DNA from: a virus
Taxonomy: Duplodnaviria > Caudoviricetes
Strand: one strand, 5' to 3'
Length of the DNA stretch: 57,276 nt
IMG/VR virus record: IMGVR_UViG_3300025890_000031
Coordinates: 1 to 57,276 of that record
The notes under the pieces are model-generated. The model was not told the DNA's origin. It did no database searches and was given only the letters and a program-made list of their open reading frames with translations. Below, one piece after another: positions 25,715-36,082 of the stretch; the stretch's first letter is position 1, and each line of letters opens with the position of its first letter. Both the position numbers and the translations under genes were made by a program.

Positions 25715-26601
25715 TTTTTAACACCTTCTCTAACTACTATATCGTTAATTAGTCCTACACTAATTATAAACGACAGTTCGTCTACTTGACCATTTTTTAA
25801 ATCAAAGTCAAAGAATATTTCTGTATATGGAGCAGACATCTTAGATTTTTCTATCTTAGCTCTTATCTTTTGTACTGTTATTCTGTTAGTCTTAACTGTT
25901 TTCTCTCCATCCCAAACATCAACTGTTTCAGTTTCCCTACCTGCTTTTCTTAAAGCAATCCTATAAGCAGCATAAAAAGGTAAAGCCTTGCCACCTGGAA
26001 CAGTTTCAGGGTTACCAAATATTTGTCCTACGTTTAGTCTTGTTTGGTTAATCATTAATACAGCTGTCTTTGTATTAGCTGCTGTAAGTTTTCTAAGAGC
26101 TTTTGACATAAGTGCAGCTAGTCTTGCTGGTTGATGATTAACACCTTTTTCTCTTTTATCTTCTTCAGACTGTGGCAACATAGCAGCAACACTATCCCAA
26201 ACAATTAAATCAATTTCTTGTCTTAATAAAACTTCAGTAACATCTACTGCTTCTTCTCCGTTTTGTGGTGTTAAGTAAATTAAGTCATCAGTATTAACTC
26301 CTAAAGATTTAGCCCACTCTGGGTCAAAGCTATGCTCAGTATCTACTAAGGCGGCAGTTCCTTTACCCTTTTGTGTTTCAGCTATAGCTTTATACGCAAC
26401 ATAACTCTTTAAGGTAGAGTAATCTCCGTATATTTCTACAAATCTATTCTTAGGCAATCCACCATCTAAAATATAATCTATAGGCAATATACCTGTGGGT
26501 ATTCTTTCTACTACTACACTAGAACCCATAACAACAGTATCTGCTCCTAATAGCTTGTTAATTTCTTTTCTTAGTTCATCAGCTTTCAATGTGTACCTCA
26601 A
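25591..26601 (-). CDS. recA: RecA/UvsX-like recombinase
   Basis: GGLP, EIYG...LKS, DTEH, WDSVAA, INQ, PGGKALPFYA. Confidence 0.93.
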   Translation of the reverse strand: MRYTLKADELRKEINKLLGADTVVMGSSVVVERIPTGILPIDYILDGGLPKNRFVEIYGDYSTLKSYVAYKAIAETQKGKGTAALVDTEHSFDPEWAKSLGVNTDDLIYLTPQNGEEAVDVTEVLLRQEIDLIVWDSVAAMLPQSEEDKREKGVNHQPARLAALMSKALRKLTAANTKTAVLMINQTRLNVGQIFGNPETVPGGKALPFYAAYRIALRKAGRETETVDVWDGEKTVKTNRITVQKIRAKIEKSKMSAPYTEIFFDFDLKNGQVDELSFIISVGLINDIVVREGVKKWKIAGEEKAVVGYQNFKNHLMENPKEIAKLKKKITDLAGK

Positions 26602-26857
26602 TTTCTATAGTTGCTTTTGATGGGGGCATATCATTTTGATTCCAATGCTGTAATAGCTTGGCTGATATAAAAACTTGTATGGCGTTTACTGTATCTTCAA
26701 TAGACTTCCTAGATAGTGTTACATTAGTTTGTGATAAATTTTCTATTGATTTTTCTAAACTAATTTTTAATTTATTTTCTGGATTTCTTTCAAACTCTTT
26801 AAACATAGTTGTAAACGTTTGTTCATTCAAGTCAATCCAATCTTTCTTTTTACTCAT
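26579..26857 (-). CDS. Hypothetical protein
   Basis: 92 aa, coupled to dnaE and recA. Confidence 0.65.
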   Translation of the reverse strand: MSKKKDWIDLNEQTFTTMFKEFERNPENKLKISLEKSIENLSQTNVTLSRKSIEDTVNAIQVFISAKLLQHWNQNDMPPSKATIEIEVHIES

Positions 26858-29529
26858 GAAAACCTTCCTACACCTAATGACCTTAAAGCCCCAGACCTTC
26901 TTAATTTCTGTGCTGTTCCCTTTAGTGTACCATCTTTTTTATATAAACTAGCACCTGTTAAAGTCCTAGCTGGAACACGACTAATCATGTCGTCAAAATC
27001 TGTAAATGGTGCTTTCTCTACTATGTTCGTAGCAGCAGTCATACCAATCCCATCTATCGATAGTAAGCCTTTTCTAATTCCTTGTTTATCTAGCTTCCAT
27101 AATATTCCTGACTTATTAACATCAGGTGCTAATAACTTTATACCTAGCCTTTGAGCTTCTTTAATATATTCTTTCTCTTTGGGTGTACCAGCAGTTGTTT
27201 CTAACAATGCACCCATATAAAGCAAAGGCATGTGTGTTTTCATATAAGCTGTTTCATACCCTAACTTGCCGTATGCGGTAGCGTGTGCCTTGTTAAACCC
27301 ATAAGCGTGAAAGCCTTGCATCATTTCCCAAACAGCGTCTGCCTGTACTTTATTTAAGCCTTTAGCTAGACATAAGTCATATATCAATCTTCTATTATCA
27401 TCAAAGGTTTTAGTAGAAGCGTCTGAATACCCACCTTTACCATGTTTTACTTTAATAGCTGATAAGAAAGCGTTTAAGTTGTCATCAGGTATACCTAGCA
27501 TTCTAAGTATTTGTAATACTTGTTCTTGATATACAACTAAACCTAAAGTGTCTTTTAATATATCTTCAAACATTTCATGTGGATAATCTACTCGTTCTTT
27601 TTTAAATCTTCTATCCAAAAACTTTTGTGTATATCCTGTATTCATAGTTGATGGTCTATATAAAGCCATAATTAAAATACAATCTTCTAATGAATTAACT
27701 TGCATTTCTCTACAACCTTTCATAGCTGTCCAACCTTCAAACTGAAATATTCCAGACTTATAACCATAAGGAACACCTCTGCGTAAAGCCATAAATGTTT
27801 TTTTATCTGCATAGTTAAAATTTTGATGATAGTCGTCTATTTCTTCTCCTAAATAATCATAAACTCTTTTAACAGTTGATAATGTTCTTAAACCTAACAA
27901 ATCTATTTTTACAAACCCAGAGTTTTCTACATCATCCATAGCCATTTGTGTAACTTGAACACCAGAACTAGGTATAAACATTTTAGGTACAATCTTATGA
28001 AAGTCTTGTCCGTCATGTACAATATATCCTGCTGCGTGAGCAGATGGTGATTTTAGAACTTGTAAATCTGAGAGCTTTTGCAAACCAGTTTGTAAGACTC
28101 TAGGTAAATCATTAACACTTTTTACATTTCCAAACTTTTTCTTAAATTCAGTAGCTGAATGTTTTCTTCTTTGTTTAGCCATGTATTGAACGAATAAAGA
28201 GCCTCTACCAAACTCATCTAGCCCTAACTTACTGTATGTGCCTAGCTGTACTAAGTTATATTGGCTTGATACCCAATCAACTACTTGTTGTCGCTTTGTA
28301 TCTTCCACATCTAAATCTATGTCAGGTGGTTTACTTCTATCCCTAGACATAAATCTAGCAAAATCTAACTTGAATTTTATTGGGTCAGCATTAGTTATTC
28401 CTAGTAAATAACAAACCATTGAGCCGTTAGCCGAACCTCTAGTATTAAAATATATATCATTTGCATTCATATATTCTGTAATACTGTTGATAAGTAAGAA
28501 ATAATCAGACATACTTACATCTTTGATAACATCTAATTCGTATTCTGCCCTTTCGATATAAGTATTTCCTAGCTTCTGTGCTCGTTTTATAACTTTATCT
28601 TTTAGCTCAACATCTGCATTTTCTGACATTGAAGGAACTTGATATTCATAATTATTTAATCTTTCAATATCGATATCGTGGTTGTCTAACATAAATTTAT
28701 TAGCACGTAATGATTTACGCCATACTTCTAATGAAAATTTAGATTTAATGTGTTCTGTAGATGACAAATGATAAGGGTCACCTGGAAAAGAACTATCTGT
28801 TGTATCGTAATACGATATTTCTTTCATTAAGTCATGTGTCTTTTGCTGTCTAGCATTTGTGTAATGACTATCGCTAGTAATAATTGTATCTGTATTAGTT
28901 TTCTCTGCTAATTCTAGTAGCTGTTTCACAATTTCGTCATCTTCTTCTTTACCGTGATGTTGTAATTCAACATAAGTATGTGGATATAATTTTTTTATTC
29001 TATTTAAAATAGCTACAGCAGCATCCATACCTTGATTAAAAATAGTTTGCTGTATAAGACCGAAGAAACAAGCAGTCAAAACTACAACATTTTCAGATGA
29101 ATATTTTTCTAAATCAGACCAGTCTATAAGTGGCTTTCTATAATAATTTTCTCTAGTATGACTTTCATTATTCATAGCTACTAAATCTTCATAGCCTTGG
29201 GTGTTTAAAGCAATTAAAAGTAAGTGATATCGTTTCTTTTTAAGTTCATCATCTTTTTTATCAAAAACAAAGTACGCTTCAATACCTATGAATGGTTTTA
29301 TATTGTTAGCTTTACAACTTTTATATAATTCAAATGCTGAAGATAAAACACCATGTTCAGTTAAAGTTAATGCTGGTTGTTTTTCTTCTACTGCTTTTTC
29401 TACTAATTCTTCTACTGATGTCATTCCATCTAGCCAAGAATATTTACTGTGTGAATGTGTATGAAACCAATCTATATCACGAACAGTTGTTCTTCTTCTC
29501 TTGCTAAAATTTTGCTTGTTCTTATCCAT
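26854..29529 (-). CDS. dnaE: DNA polymerase III alpha subunit (family C)
   Basis: PHP motifs HSHSKYS..DG and SDSHY; RGSANGS; PDIDLD; KIDLLGL; YGFNKAHA. Start uncertain (ORF open to 29598). Confidence 0.95.
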   Translation of the reverse strand: MDKNKQNFSKRRRTTVRDIDWFHTHSHSKYSWLDGMTSVEELVEKAVEEKQPALTLTEHGVLSSAFELYKSCKANNIKPFIGIEAYFVFDKKDDELKKKRYHLLLIALNTQGYEDLVAMNNESHTRENYYRKPLIDWSDLEKYSSENVVVLTACFFGLIQQTIFNQGMDAAVAILNRIKKLYPHTYVELQHHGKEEDDEIVKQLLELAEKTNTDTIITSDSHYTNARQQKTHDLMKEISYYDTTDSSFPGDPYHLSSTEHIKSKFSLEVWRKSLRANKFMLDNHDIDIERLNNYEYQVPSMSENADVELKDKVIKRAQKLGNTYIERAEYELDVIKDVSMSDYFLLINSITEYMNANDIYFNTRGSANGSMVCYLLGITNADPIKFKLDFARFMSRDRSKPPDIDLDVEDTKRQQVVDWVSSQYNLVQLGTYSKLGLDEFGRGSLFVQYMAKQRRKHSATEFKKKFGNVKSVNDLPRVLQTGLQKLSDLQVLKSPSAHAAGYIVHDGQDFHKIVPKMFIPSSGVQVTQMAMDDVENSGFVKIDLLGLRTLSTVKRVYDYLGEEIDDYHQNFNYADKKTFMALRRGVPYGYKSGIFQFEGWTAMKGCREMQVNSLEDCILIMALYRPSTMNTGYTQKFLDRRFKKERVDYPHEMFEDILKDTLGLVVYQEQVLQILRMLGIPDDNLNAFLSAIKVKHGKGGYSDASTKTFDDNRRLIYDLCLAKGLNKVQADAVWEMMQGFHAYGFNKAHATAYGKLGYETAYMKTHMPLLYMGALLETTAGTPKEKEYIKEAQRLGIKLLAPDVNKSGILWKLDKQGIRKGLLSIDGIGMTAATNIVEKAPFTDFDDMISRVPARTLTGASLYKKDGTLKGTAQKLRRSGALRSLGVGRFS

Positions 29530-29729
29530 TCCATATTCTTTCTGGTTCTTGCTATGCCTGCTTTTCTTAATGCCCACTCTGTTAAATCTTCTGGACACCT
29601 TACCACATTATATTCGGAATCTTTTCTAATCAACCAATATTTTCTTTGTGGGTTTACACTTAAAATAGCTTTGCCACATTTATGGCATACTAAAAATTCT
29701 GGTACTTGATTAGCTGGTGTATCTAGCAT
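29472..29729 (-). CDS. Hypothetical protein with CxxC
   Basis: 85-aa ORF. Confidence 0.6.
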   Translation of the reverse strand: MLDTPANQVPEFLVCHKCGKAILSVNPQRKYWLIRKDSEYNVVRCPEDLTEWALRKAGIARTRKNMEWIRTSKILAREEEQLFVI

Positions 29730-29982
29730 ATAGATTTATCTTCATATCTATAATTCTAGTTGTGAAATCAAAATGTGGGAATTTATCACTTCTTTTCCAT
29801 TGAGAAATATTATTCCTTAAAGACTTTTCTTGTGATAAAGGGTATGCTCCTACTAATCCCCATCTTCTTTTTGGGTCGTGACTAATCATTTGTTGTACGT
29901 GTTCTGGAAAGTATTTTGACTTTCCTTTTCTATCTGCTCCACCTGTTCGTTTGTCAGGTAGTTCTTCAAAAAACTCTACCAT
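29710..29982 (-). CDS. Hypothetical protein
   Basis: 90 aa, GAGG RBS. Confidence 0.7.
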   Translation of the reverse strand: MVEFFEELPDKRTGGADRKGKSKYFPEHVQQMISHDPKRRWGLVGAYPLSQEKSLRNNISQWKRSDKFPHFDFTTRIIDMKINLYARYTS

Positions 29983-30001
29983 GGTTTCCTCTCTTTATAG
30001 A

Positions 30002-30064
30002 TAGGTGTAGGTATTTATGGATATGAATATCAGGGCTACCGATGTTCTGAAATACCTACGCCTA
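30002..30064. promoter_or_regulatory. Intergenic long hairpin (processing site or terminator)
   Basis: TAGGTGTAGGTATTT/AAATACCTACGCCTA 15-bp stem. Confidence 0.55.
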
Positions 30065-30075
30065 AACTATTCTAC

Positions 30076-31038
30076 TTAACTAGCAGGATAAAATCCTGTA
30101 GCTTTAGCATATTTTGTCATGTCTGCAATATAATTAGTTTGGAACGTAATTATTTTTTCAGCTAATTTTTCTTTACTAGCTCCTGTAACAGATATTTCAA
30201 AATCGGTACACATTTCTTTTAGTTCACCTGTAGTAAGGTCTTTTAACTCTTCTACCTTGTAAAGTTCATCACCCCAACAAGTAGTGTTAAATTCTTCTAC
30301 AGACTCATAATCTGTGCCTTCTTCATCAAAAAACTCTTTGATTTCTTCAGCAGTATCAAATACTAAGTAGCCTGAACTTACATTCTCTTCTACTTCTTCA
30401 GTATCTTCTTCTACTATATCTTCAAATAATTCTTCAGATTCCTCAGTAGTTTCTTCAATAGAATCATCATCTTCTACAAAATCTACTGAATCATCTGTGA
30501 CTTCTGTTTTAGGTGTCTTAGAAAATAAAGCATTATCATCTCCTATTGCAGAGTTGAATGCAGTTTCTAAAATATCTAATAAGTCAATATTTGTGTACTT
30601 ACCAGCCTCAAAGCTAGTTGGTGCTTCAGGTGTAACATCATAAGATGTGTCTAACCCTTTACCAGTTCGCATGATTTCGTAATCTCTATCCATGATAGTG
30701 TTGTATCTATCAAACCTTAGAACTAAACGATTAGTTAAGTCTTTAGGCATTTTAAGAGCGATTACTTGGTCTGTTTCTCTGTCCACAACCTGTGCAAGAA
30801 ACCTTTGTGAAGGTCTTACAGGTGGTTCTACACCATCAGCTACTGGAATATATCTTCTTTTTTCGTTATCCCAATATTCCTGATATGCAAACCATTGGTC
30901 TGGTTCAGTTAAGAATCTGATAACTTTAGTGCTATCAGCTGGAACGTTGATTATTAGGCTTGATGTTTTGTTAAACATTCCTTTCAAGTGTCCCACGGAC
31001 TTGAAAGTGCCACCTTTGATTTGGGGTTTATCTCCCAT
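30076..31038 (-). CDS. gp32-like single-stranded DNA-binding protein with long acidic region
   Basis: IRFL, RDYEIMRTGKGLDTSY OB-fold pattern; D/E-rich stretch; C-terminal small helical (SAP/Rho-N-like) domain. Confidence 0.75.
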   Translation of the reverse strand: MGDKPQIKGGTFKSVGHLKGMFNKTSSLIINVPADSTKVIRFLTEPDQWFAYQEYWDNEKRRYIPVADGVEPPVRPSQRFLAQVVDRETDQVIALKMPKDLTNRLVLRFDRYNTIMDRDYEIMRTGKGLDTSYDVTPEAPTSFEAGKYTNIDLLDILETAFNSAIGDDNALFSKTPKTEVTDDSVDFVEDDDSIEETTEESEELFEDIVEEDTEEVEENVSSGYLVFDTAEEIKEFFDEEGTDYESVEEFNTTCWGDELYKVEELKDLTTGELKEMCTDFEISVTGASKEKLAEKIITFQTNYIADMTKYAKATGFYPAS

Positions 31039-31138
31039 ATTTTTCTCCTTTTGCTAAAAGCCACTAAGGGCTTATTTATTGCTATTAGTTAAATATAGTC
31101 TAACCGTTATTATAAGTATAAAAAATTGTAAAGTTTTT

Positions 31139-31663
31139 TTATATAGTTTTTAGACTTTTAGTTAAAGTCTTTTTTAATCTCTTAGCTGTTTCTGCTGAAC
31201 CAAATAAGTCTTTAATATTGATATATTCTATAGTTACAGGTTTACCTTCTAACATATAGTTAGCTATCTTTGCATACGCTTTTTTATACGCCACAGTAGA
31301 ATTACCGATAAATCCATCTTTACCTTTGTCTAAATCTTGTTGAGTTTCACCAAGTAATAAACAACCTGCGGTGTGTTCGTCCGTATTTCCTGTATGTATT
31401 AAAATGAACTCGAACCCAGGAACGTTTTGAACATGCAACATTCCATAGTGTGCATTCTTGTACTTAGCACTATATCTGGTATGAAATCCACCTACTTTTC
31501 TAAACTCAACATCATAAGTTCCTTCAGGTATACAGGTTTCACCCATTACTTTCACATCTCTGTGTTCATCTTCAAGCGTATAGCACTCAAATTTTCCATC
31601 AATAAAAAGCATTCCATTTGTTGCATCATCCCCAAATTGAAATCTTACAACTTGTAATTTCAT
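31139..31663 (-). CDS. DUF5675-family protein, putative endolysin
   Basis: CYTLE, CIPEGTY, ILIHTGN...TAGCLLLG. Confidence 0.75.
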   Translation of the reverse strand: MKLQVVRFQFGDDATNGMLFIDGKFECYTLEDEHRDVKVMGETCIPEGTYDVEFRKVGGFHTRYSAKYKNAHYGMLHVQNVPGFEFILIHTGNTDEHTAGCLLLGETQQDLDKGKDGFIGNSTVAYKKAYAKIANYMLEGKPVTIEYINIKDLFGSAETAKRLKKTLTKSLKTI

Positions 31664-31860
31664 GCTGTTCCTTCTGGTTTTATATCTTCTGGTACTTCTT
31701 CTTGCTGTGTAAGTGCCGTATATTTGTTTTTGTATTGATTAGCAATAACAGTCATCTGTACTAAATTATCTTCTAGTTCAGCTATTCTGTTTCTTTGTAC
31801 TGCTATTACAGTATGAGCATCTAATTGCTCACCTTGCATTTCTTTTGGTTGTTCAGACAT
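31660..31860 (-). CDS. Small coiled-coil protein
   Basis: 66 aa, GAGG RBS. Confidence 0.65.
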   Translation of the reverse strand: MSEQPKEMQGEQLDAHTVIAVQRNRIAELEDNLVQMTVIANQYKNKYTALTQQEEVPEDIKPEGTA

Positions 31861-31929
31861 TTATTTCCTCCATATTTATTCTAAGTTATTCTTTTGTTAA
31901 ATCAAAGTTAAAGTATATCACATATTGTA

Positions 31930-32682
31930 TTATTTAAACTTATCTGGATATTCTTTGTAATTAATTCGTTCTACTTGTGCTTTGAGTAGTTCTATTCGGT
32001 TATCTTCATATTCTTTTTCAGTACCTTTTCTAACTTCTAAAGTAAGTTTTTCTGTTTCTCTTTTATAAGGTATAACTTGAATTAACGGTGTACCAGCTGG
32101 TAATATAAATTCTTTTTCTTGTATGCTAAACGGAAATGTAATGTAACCCCATTTATCCGCTTCTACTAAACCTTCTAGTAATCTAATCTCTTTTCTAAAA
32201 TGATAGAATGGGTCAACGTACATCAAGTTGTACCCTTCTGGAACTATGAATTTATATGGACTTTCTAATTTTAAAACAGATTTATCTAATCTTCCTAAAT
32301 TAGCTAATCCTACATCCATATCTCCAACTTGTTTATCAAAATGTGAACCAAAAAAATTGTGGTCAAATGCTTTATTAGTTGTCATGCCATAATATGTTTG
32401 TGTTGCGTTTCCTTCATCATCATATTCATGCCCCATATACATTTTTCCCCATAATGGAATAATTACTCCTTCTGTCATTAAATCTTGAATAGCTGGACAT
32501 TTCTTTGCAGTAAACGCATCTTCACTCCAAACATTGTGAAACTCTTCTAAAAATGAAGCCATTTCATTTCCTAAATGTAAATCTTTAAACCATTGCGGTA
32601 TAAATCTATTTGCTGGTTGTGGTGGGTAAGCAGCAACTAAATCTTCAAACTTTTTTGATTTTGGTATAACTTCTATTTTCAT
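31930..32682 (-). CDS. dUTPase-fold-like/DUF6065-like hypothetical protein, paralog 1
   Basis: P.PA...IP.WF, KKCP, PEGY, GTPLIQVIPYKRE. Confidence 0.55.
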   Translation of the reverse strand: MKIEVIPKSKKFEDLVAAYPPQPANRFIPQWFKDLHLGNEMASFLEEFHNVWSEDAFTAKKCPAIQDLMTEGVIIPLWGKMYMGHEYDDEGNATQTYYGMTTNKAFDHNFFGSHFDKQVGDMDVGLANLGRLDKSVLKLESPYKFIVPEGYNLMYVDPFYHFRKEIRLLEGLVEADKWGYITFPFSIQEKEFILPAGTPLIQVIPYKRETEKLTLEVRKGTEKEYEDNRIELLKAQVERINYKEYPDKFK

Positions 32683-33152
32683 TTTCTGTAATCCTCTGGT
32701 ATTTTCATTTCTCCAACAATAGTATTTGTATATAATTGGTCATCTCTTAAACCGTAATAATCTTTACAAAAATAATTATCTTGCAAAAACTTTTGTCCAT
32801 CAATATTCCACAATCCGTTATCTAAAATTAATACGCATTGGCTGTTGCTATGTGTAAATGATAATTTTACAAGTTCATACCTACTTATGCAATCTGGGTC
32901 ATTATCAACAAAAATATAATCTGCTAATTTAATATCTTTTATTATTGGTTTTAAATCTTTATTTAATGTTTTATAAGCTACATTATCATATCTTTTTAAT
33001 TTATCTTGATACTCTTTATTGTTGTCGTATGAAATTACACTACTAAAATTATTTGCAAAAACTTTAGTTGAATATCCAGCACCAAACTCTAACATCAATT
33101 TATTAACTGTATTCCTACTGTTAATGTAATTTTCAAAAGATTTAATCAACAT
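32679..33152 (-). CDS. Class I SAM-dependent methyltransferase-like protein
   Basis: LEFGAGYST motif I; YIFVD; ILDN. Confidence 0.7.
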   Translation of the reverse strand: MLIKSFENYINSRNTVNKLMLEFGAGYSTKVFANNFSSVISYDNNKEYQDKLKRYDNVAYKTLNKDLKPIIKDIKLADYIFVDNDPDCISRYELVKLSFTHSNSQCVLILDNGLWNIDGQKFLQDNYFCKDYYGLRDDQLYTNTIVGEMKIPEDYRK

Positions 33153-33846
33153 TTCTTGAATAACCAGATTTGAATTTATTAACTACTTTGTAGTGTCCTT
33201 TTCGTATCATTTTTCCTAATTTTTCGTTAATAGGTACAAACTGATAATTAAAACTTTCTCTCTTATAGGGAACTATATAGCATAAAGGTGTACCTTGTTT
33301 GATAAGAATTTCATCATCACTAGAAGTATAAAAAATTTGTACTGACAATTCGTGAAGTTTGTCTGTATGTACAACGCCATAGTTAGCTTCCCAATCTTTA
33401 TTAAAAGTGTATATCATAGGTATGTACCTAAGACTGTAACCTTTAGGTGTAATGCAAAACCAGTTAGTATTAATATTTATTGTTGCTCTGACCCCTGCTC
33501 CTTCAGGTATATAATCTAAAAATTGTTTTGGGTCATGTGTTCTTACTATAAACTCGTCATTAGCAGGATTAATATACAATTCTCCATTATGTATTGCTAG
33601 GTGTATATCGCAAGGTGCTACTAAAACGTACCCCTCTCTAAATACTTCTACAAAACTAGGACAATGTCTAGCTCCTTTATAGTTAGGTATAATCTTAGAT
33701 ACAAAACCGTCTTTGTTTGGTATAGGTAAATCCATAGGCATGTTAGTAAACCACTTTGGTATAAAGTTTTTAGCAGGTTGTGGCTTTGTAAATTCTATTT
33801 CATCATAGCCAGTAGTATCTGTAGTAAATTTTATACTTGCCTTCAT
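33142..33846 (-). CDS. dUTPase-fold-like/DUF6065-like hypothetical protein, paralog 2
   Basis: Shares PQPA..FIP.WF, CP, PKGY and GTPL..IVPYKRE with 31930..32682. Confidence 0.55.
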   Translation of the reverse strand: MKASIKFTTDTTGYDEIEFTKPQPAKNFIPKWFTNMPMDLPIPNKDGFVSKIIPNYKGARHCPSFVEVFREGYVLVAPCDIHLAIHNGELYINPANDEFIVRTHDPKQFLDYIPEGAGVRATININTNWFCITPKGYSLRYIPMIYTFNKDWEANYGVVHTDKLHELSVQIFYTSSDDEILIKQGTPLCYIVPYKRESFNYQFVPINEKLGKMIRKGHYKVVNKFKSGYSRNVD

Positions 33847-33878
33847 AATGCTATTCTATCATGCTATTATATCTATTA

Positions 33879-34889
33879 ATGAAAAATTTTCACATAAAAA
33901 TACAAGGAAGTGGACTGCCAGCACACTTAGCATTGCTTAAATACCACAAATACAATAAAATTAATTGGAATTATGCTGATACAGAATTTACCTTACCTAT
34001 GTCATCTACATTGGACTTTATACCTTTTATGCAAGATTCAATAAATTTTAGTTGGTCTGATTTAAAATTGTTTAATGGTAATTTAAAAACTGGTGTAAAT
34101 AAAGTAAACTTTAACAATAAATCATTTGATTCAAACTTTAAACCACCTTTTGTAGCTCTACACTTTGATTCTTTAAGTATGTCTAAATATCTATATAGTA
34201 AATGCAAATATAATTCTACAAAAAAAAGTGATATTTTAATAGATGCAAGTAAGCCAGTTGACATGTCAAATTATCTAACTTTAAATCATGTACCGACTAA
34301 TTGTGCTATTGGATATAAATATAAAGAGGAATATGCTTCAACTAAAACTAAGTTAGAAGCTACTGAACATGGATGGATTCAGACTATACCGACTGCTAAA
34401 TATGTTTATGTTTATTACATTTTTAATAGTGATATTAATAATCCACAAGATATCGCTGATTCCTTGCCACTAAGAAATTATAACTATGAATTAATAAACT
34501 TTTCTAGTTACTATTTGCAAAATCCTTTTTTAGAAAATCATTTAAAATTAGGATTAAATACTTTTTTTATTGAACCTTTTGATGCTACATCTTTAAGTGG
34601 TAATTTAAGACTTTTAGATTTATTTACTGACGTACAAAATAAACACATGAAGCACTCTGATGCTTTATATTATTACTTTGATTATATTAAAGAAGCTATG
34701 GAGGTATTAATGCTACATTACGTATCAGACGTACCTTTTAAATCAGAATTTTGGCGAAATGCTAAAGATAAAGCTGAAGATTATTTAATTAATACTGGTA
34801 TAAAAAAAAGAGATATAAGTAATTTTTATAGCAAAGAAGGTTATAAAAAATTATATAAAAACTTGAACGTTTCTAATTATATTCAATAA
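33879..34889 (+). CDS. Divergent tryptophan-halogenase-like flavoprotein
   Basis: Degenerate GSG FAD motif, HFD, GWIQTIP, FIEPFDATS, LHY...SEFW. Confidence 0.65.
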   Translation: MKNFHIKIQGSGLPAHLALLKYHKYNKINWNYADTEFTLPMSSTLDFIPFMQDSINFSWSDLKLFNGNLKTGVNKVNFNNKSFDSNFKPPFVALHFDSLSMSKYLYSKCKYNSTKKSDILIDASKPVDMSNYLTLNHVPTNCAIGYKYKEEYASTKTKLEATEHGWIQTIPTAKYVYVYYIFNSDINNPQDIADSLPLRNYNYELINFSSYYLQNPFLENHLKLGLNTFFIEPFDATSLSGNLRLLDLFTDVQNKHMKHSDALYYYFDYIKEAMEVLMLHYVSDVPFKSEFWRNAKDKAEDYLINTGIKKRDISNFYSKEGYKKLYKNLNVSNYIQ

Positions 34890-35148
34890 TTTCTGTGTAG
34901 TTTCTTGCATCATTAGAAGTTGGCTGTGCATAACCATCTGAAGCACTACGTATTGTTGTTGCATTTTCTAAATGTACATGTGCTTTTCTATCTCCAGCCG
35001 CACTTGTAGAACCAGCTGATTGATACAATACTGTTTTATTTACATCAACTGCTGATATTGTATTAGTTCTATTGTATGTGTTGTTAGATTGTGCAAGAAA
35101 TTGTTTCGATTTAATCGCACCTCTACCACGCCCTGAATATCTACCCAT
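34873..35148 (-). CDS. Small virion-associated paralog (MGR...IKS...EY family) 4
   Basis: IKS.Q...TISAVD.NKT...EY pattern. Confidence 0.65.
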   Translation of the reverse strand: MGRYSGRGRGAIKSKQFLAQSNNTYNRTNTISAVDVNKTVLYQSAGSTSAAGDRKAHVHLENATTIRSASDGYAQPTSNDARNYTEIIEYN

Positions 35149-35414
35149 TAGTAATACTCCACTACATATACTGTCATATTTCCGCCCCCTAAGCTGTTGT
35201 AATTATGTCCTGTAAAATTCACATTAGTTGTTGATGATAACCTACAACGTGGACTGTTGCTTTCTCTTCTATTGTTGCCATCTTGTGCAGTATCATATAA
35301 AACTGTATTAGCCATATCTACGGCAGATATAGTTACGTTAGTATTTGTAGAATTACTTCCAGCAGATACAATTTGTCTACTTTTGATTATAGGACTTGAC
35401 ATTCTTCTGACCAT
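35148..35414 (-). CDS. Small virion-associated paralog 3
   Basis: Same pattern, ends VVEYY. Confidence 0.65.
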   Translation of the reverse strand: MVRRMSSPIIKSRQIVSAGSNSTNTNVTISAVDMANTVLYDTAQDGNNRRESNSPRCRLSSTTNVNFTGHNYNSLGGGNMTVYVVEYY

Positions 35415-35743
35415 TAGTAATACTCCACAACTTGTATTTCAACATAATTATTTCTACGATTAGAGTTATTAATTCCTATTCTTCTAATAATAACATTTGT
35501 TGAACTATCTAATTTTGCACCTATTTGTGGCGAACTTTGAAAGTTGTAATAATAATTTTCCCATGCAGAAATACCACGTGTGTGTCCATTACTAGAATTA
35601 TGCACTAAAACTGTATTGTTTTCATTTACTGCCGAAATAGTATTATTCACGTTAGCAGTAGATGTTGAAGTATTAGTATATGTAATTCTTTGAATTGACT
35701 TTATAATACTATGTGGTCTTGTTCTACCCATTACATCATCTCC
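35414..35743 (-). CDS. Small virion-associated paralog 2
   Basis: Same pattern; probable true start MGRTRP near 35731 (ORF open to 35764). Confidence 0.6.
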   Translation of the reverse strand, partial: GDDVMGRTRPHSIIKSIQRITYTNTSTSTANVNNTISAVNENNTVLVHNSSNGHTRGISAWENYYYNFQSSPQIGAKLDSSTNVIIRRIGINNSNRRNNYVEIQVVEYY

Positions 35744-36081
35744 ACTACTTGATAGCCTACCCATTGTTTTTCGCTTTGACCAAAACTAGATACTCTATAA
35801 GCTATGCGTATAGTATTTTCATCTTGTAAAGTTACTTTAGCTTGTGGTGCAGGATATACACGGTTATCAGTAACACCACCACCTTCAGTAGTAACTGGAT
35901 AATTCATAGCTTCGTTAACTACCATAAATGTTTTGTTAACATCAACTGGTTCTATTGTTCTGTCAATATTTTGTTGTGCGGTTGAACCATTTGCATGGTC
36001 GCCAGAAGCATCACCATATTGTCCACGTTGTATGGACTTTATACCTGCATTAGGTGCAACGTTAACTCCGTATCTTCCCAT
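35731..36081 (-). CDS. Small virion-associated paralog 1
   Basis: MGRY...IKSIQRG...PVDVNKT...QVVE. Confidence 0.65.
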   Translation of the reverse strand: MGRYGVNVAPNAGIKSIQRGQYGDASGDHANGSTAQQNIDRTIEPVDVNKTFMVVNEAMNYPVTTEGGGVTDNRVYPAPQAKVTLQDENTIRIAYRVSSFGQSEKQWVGYQVVEMM

Positions 36082-36082
36082 A

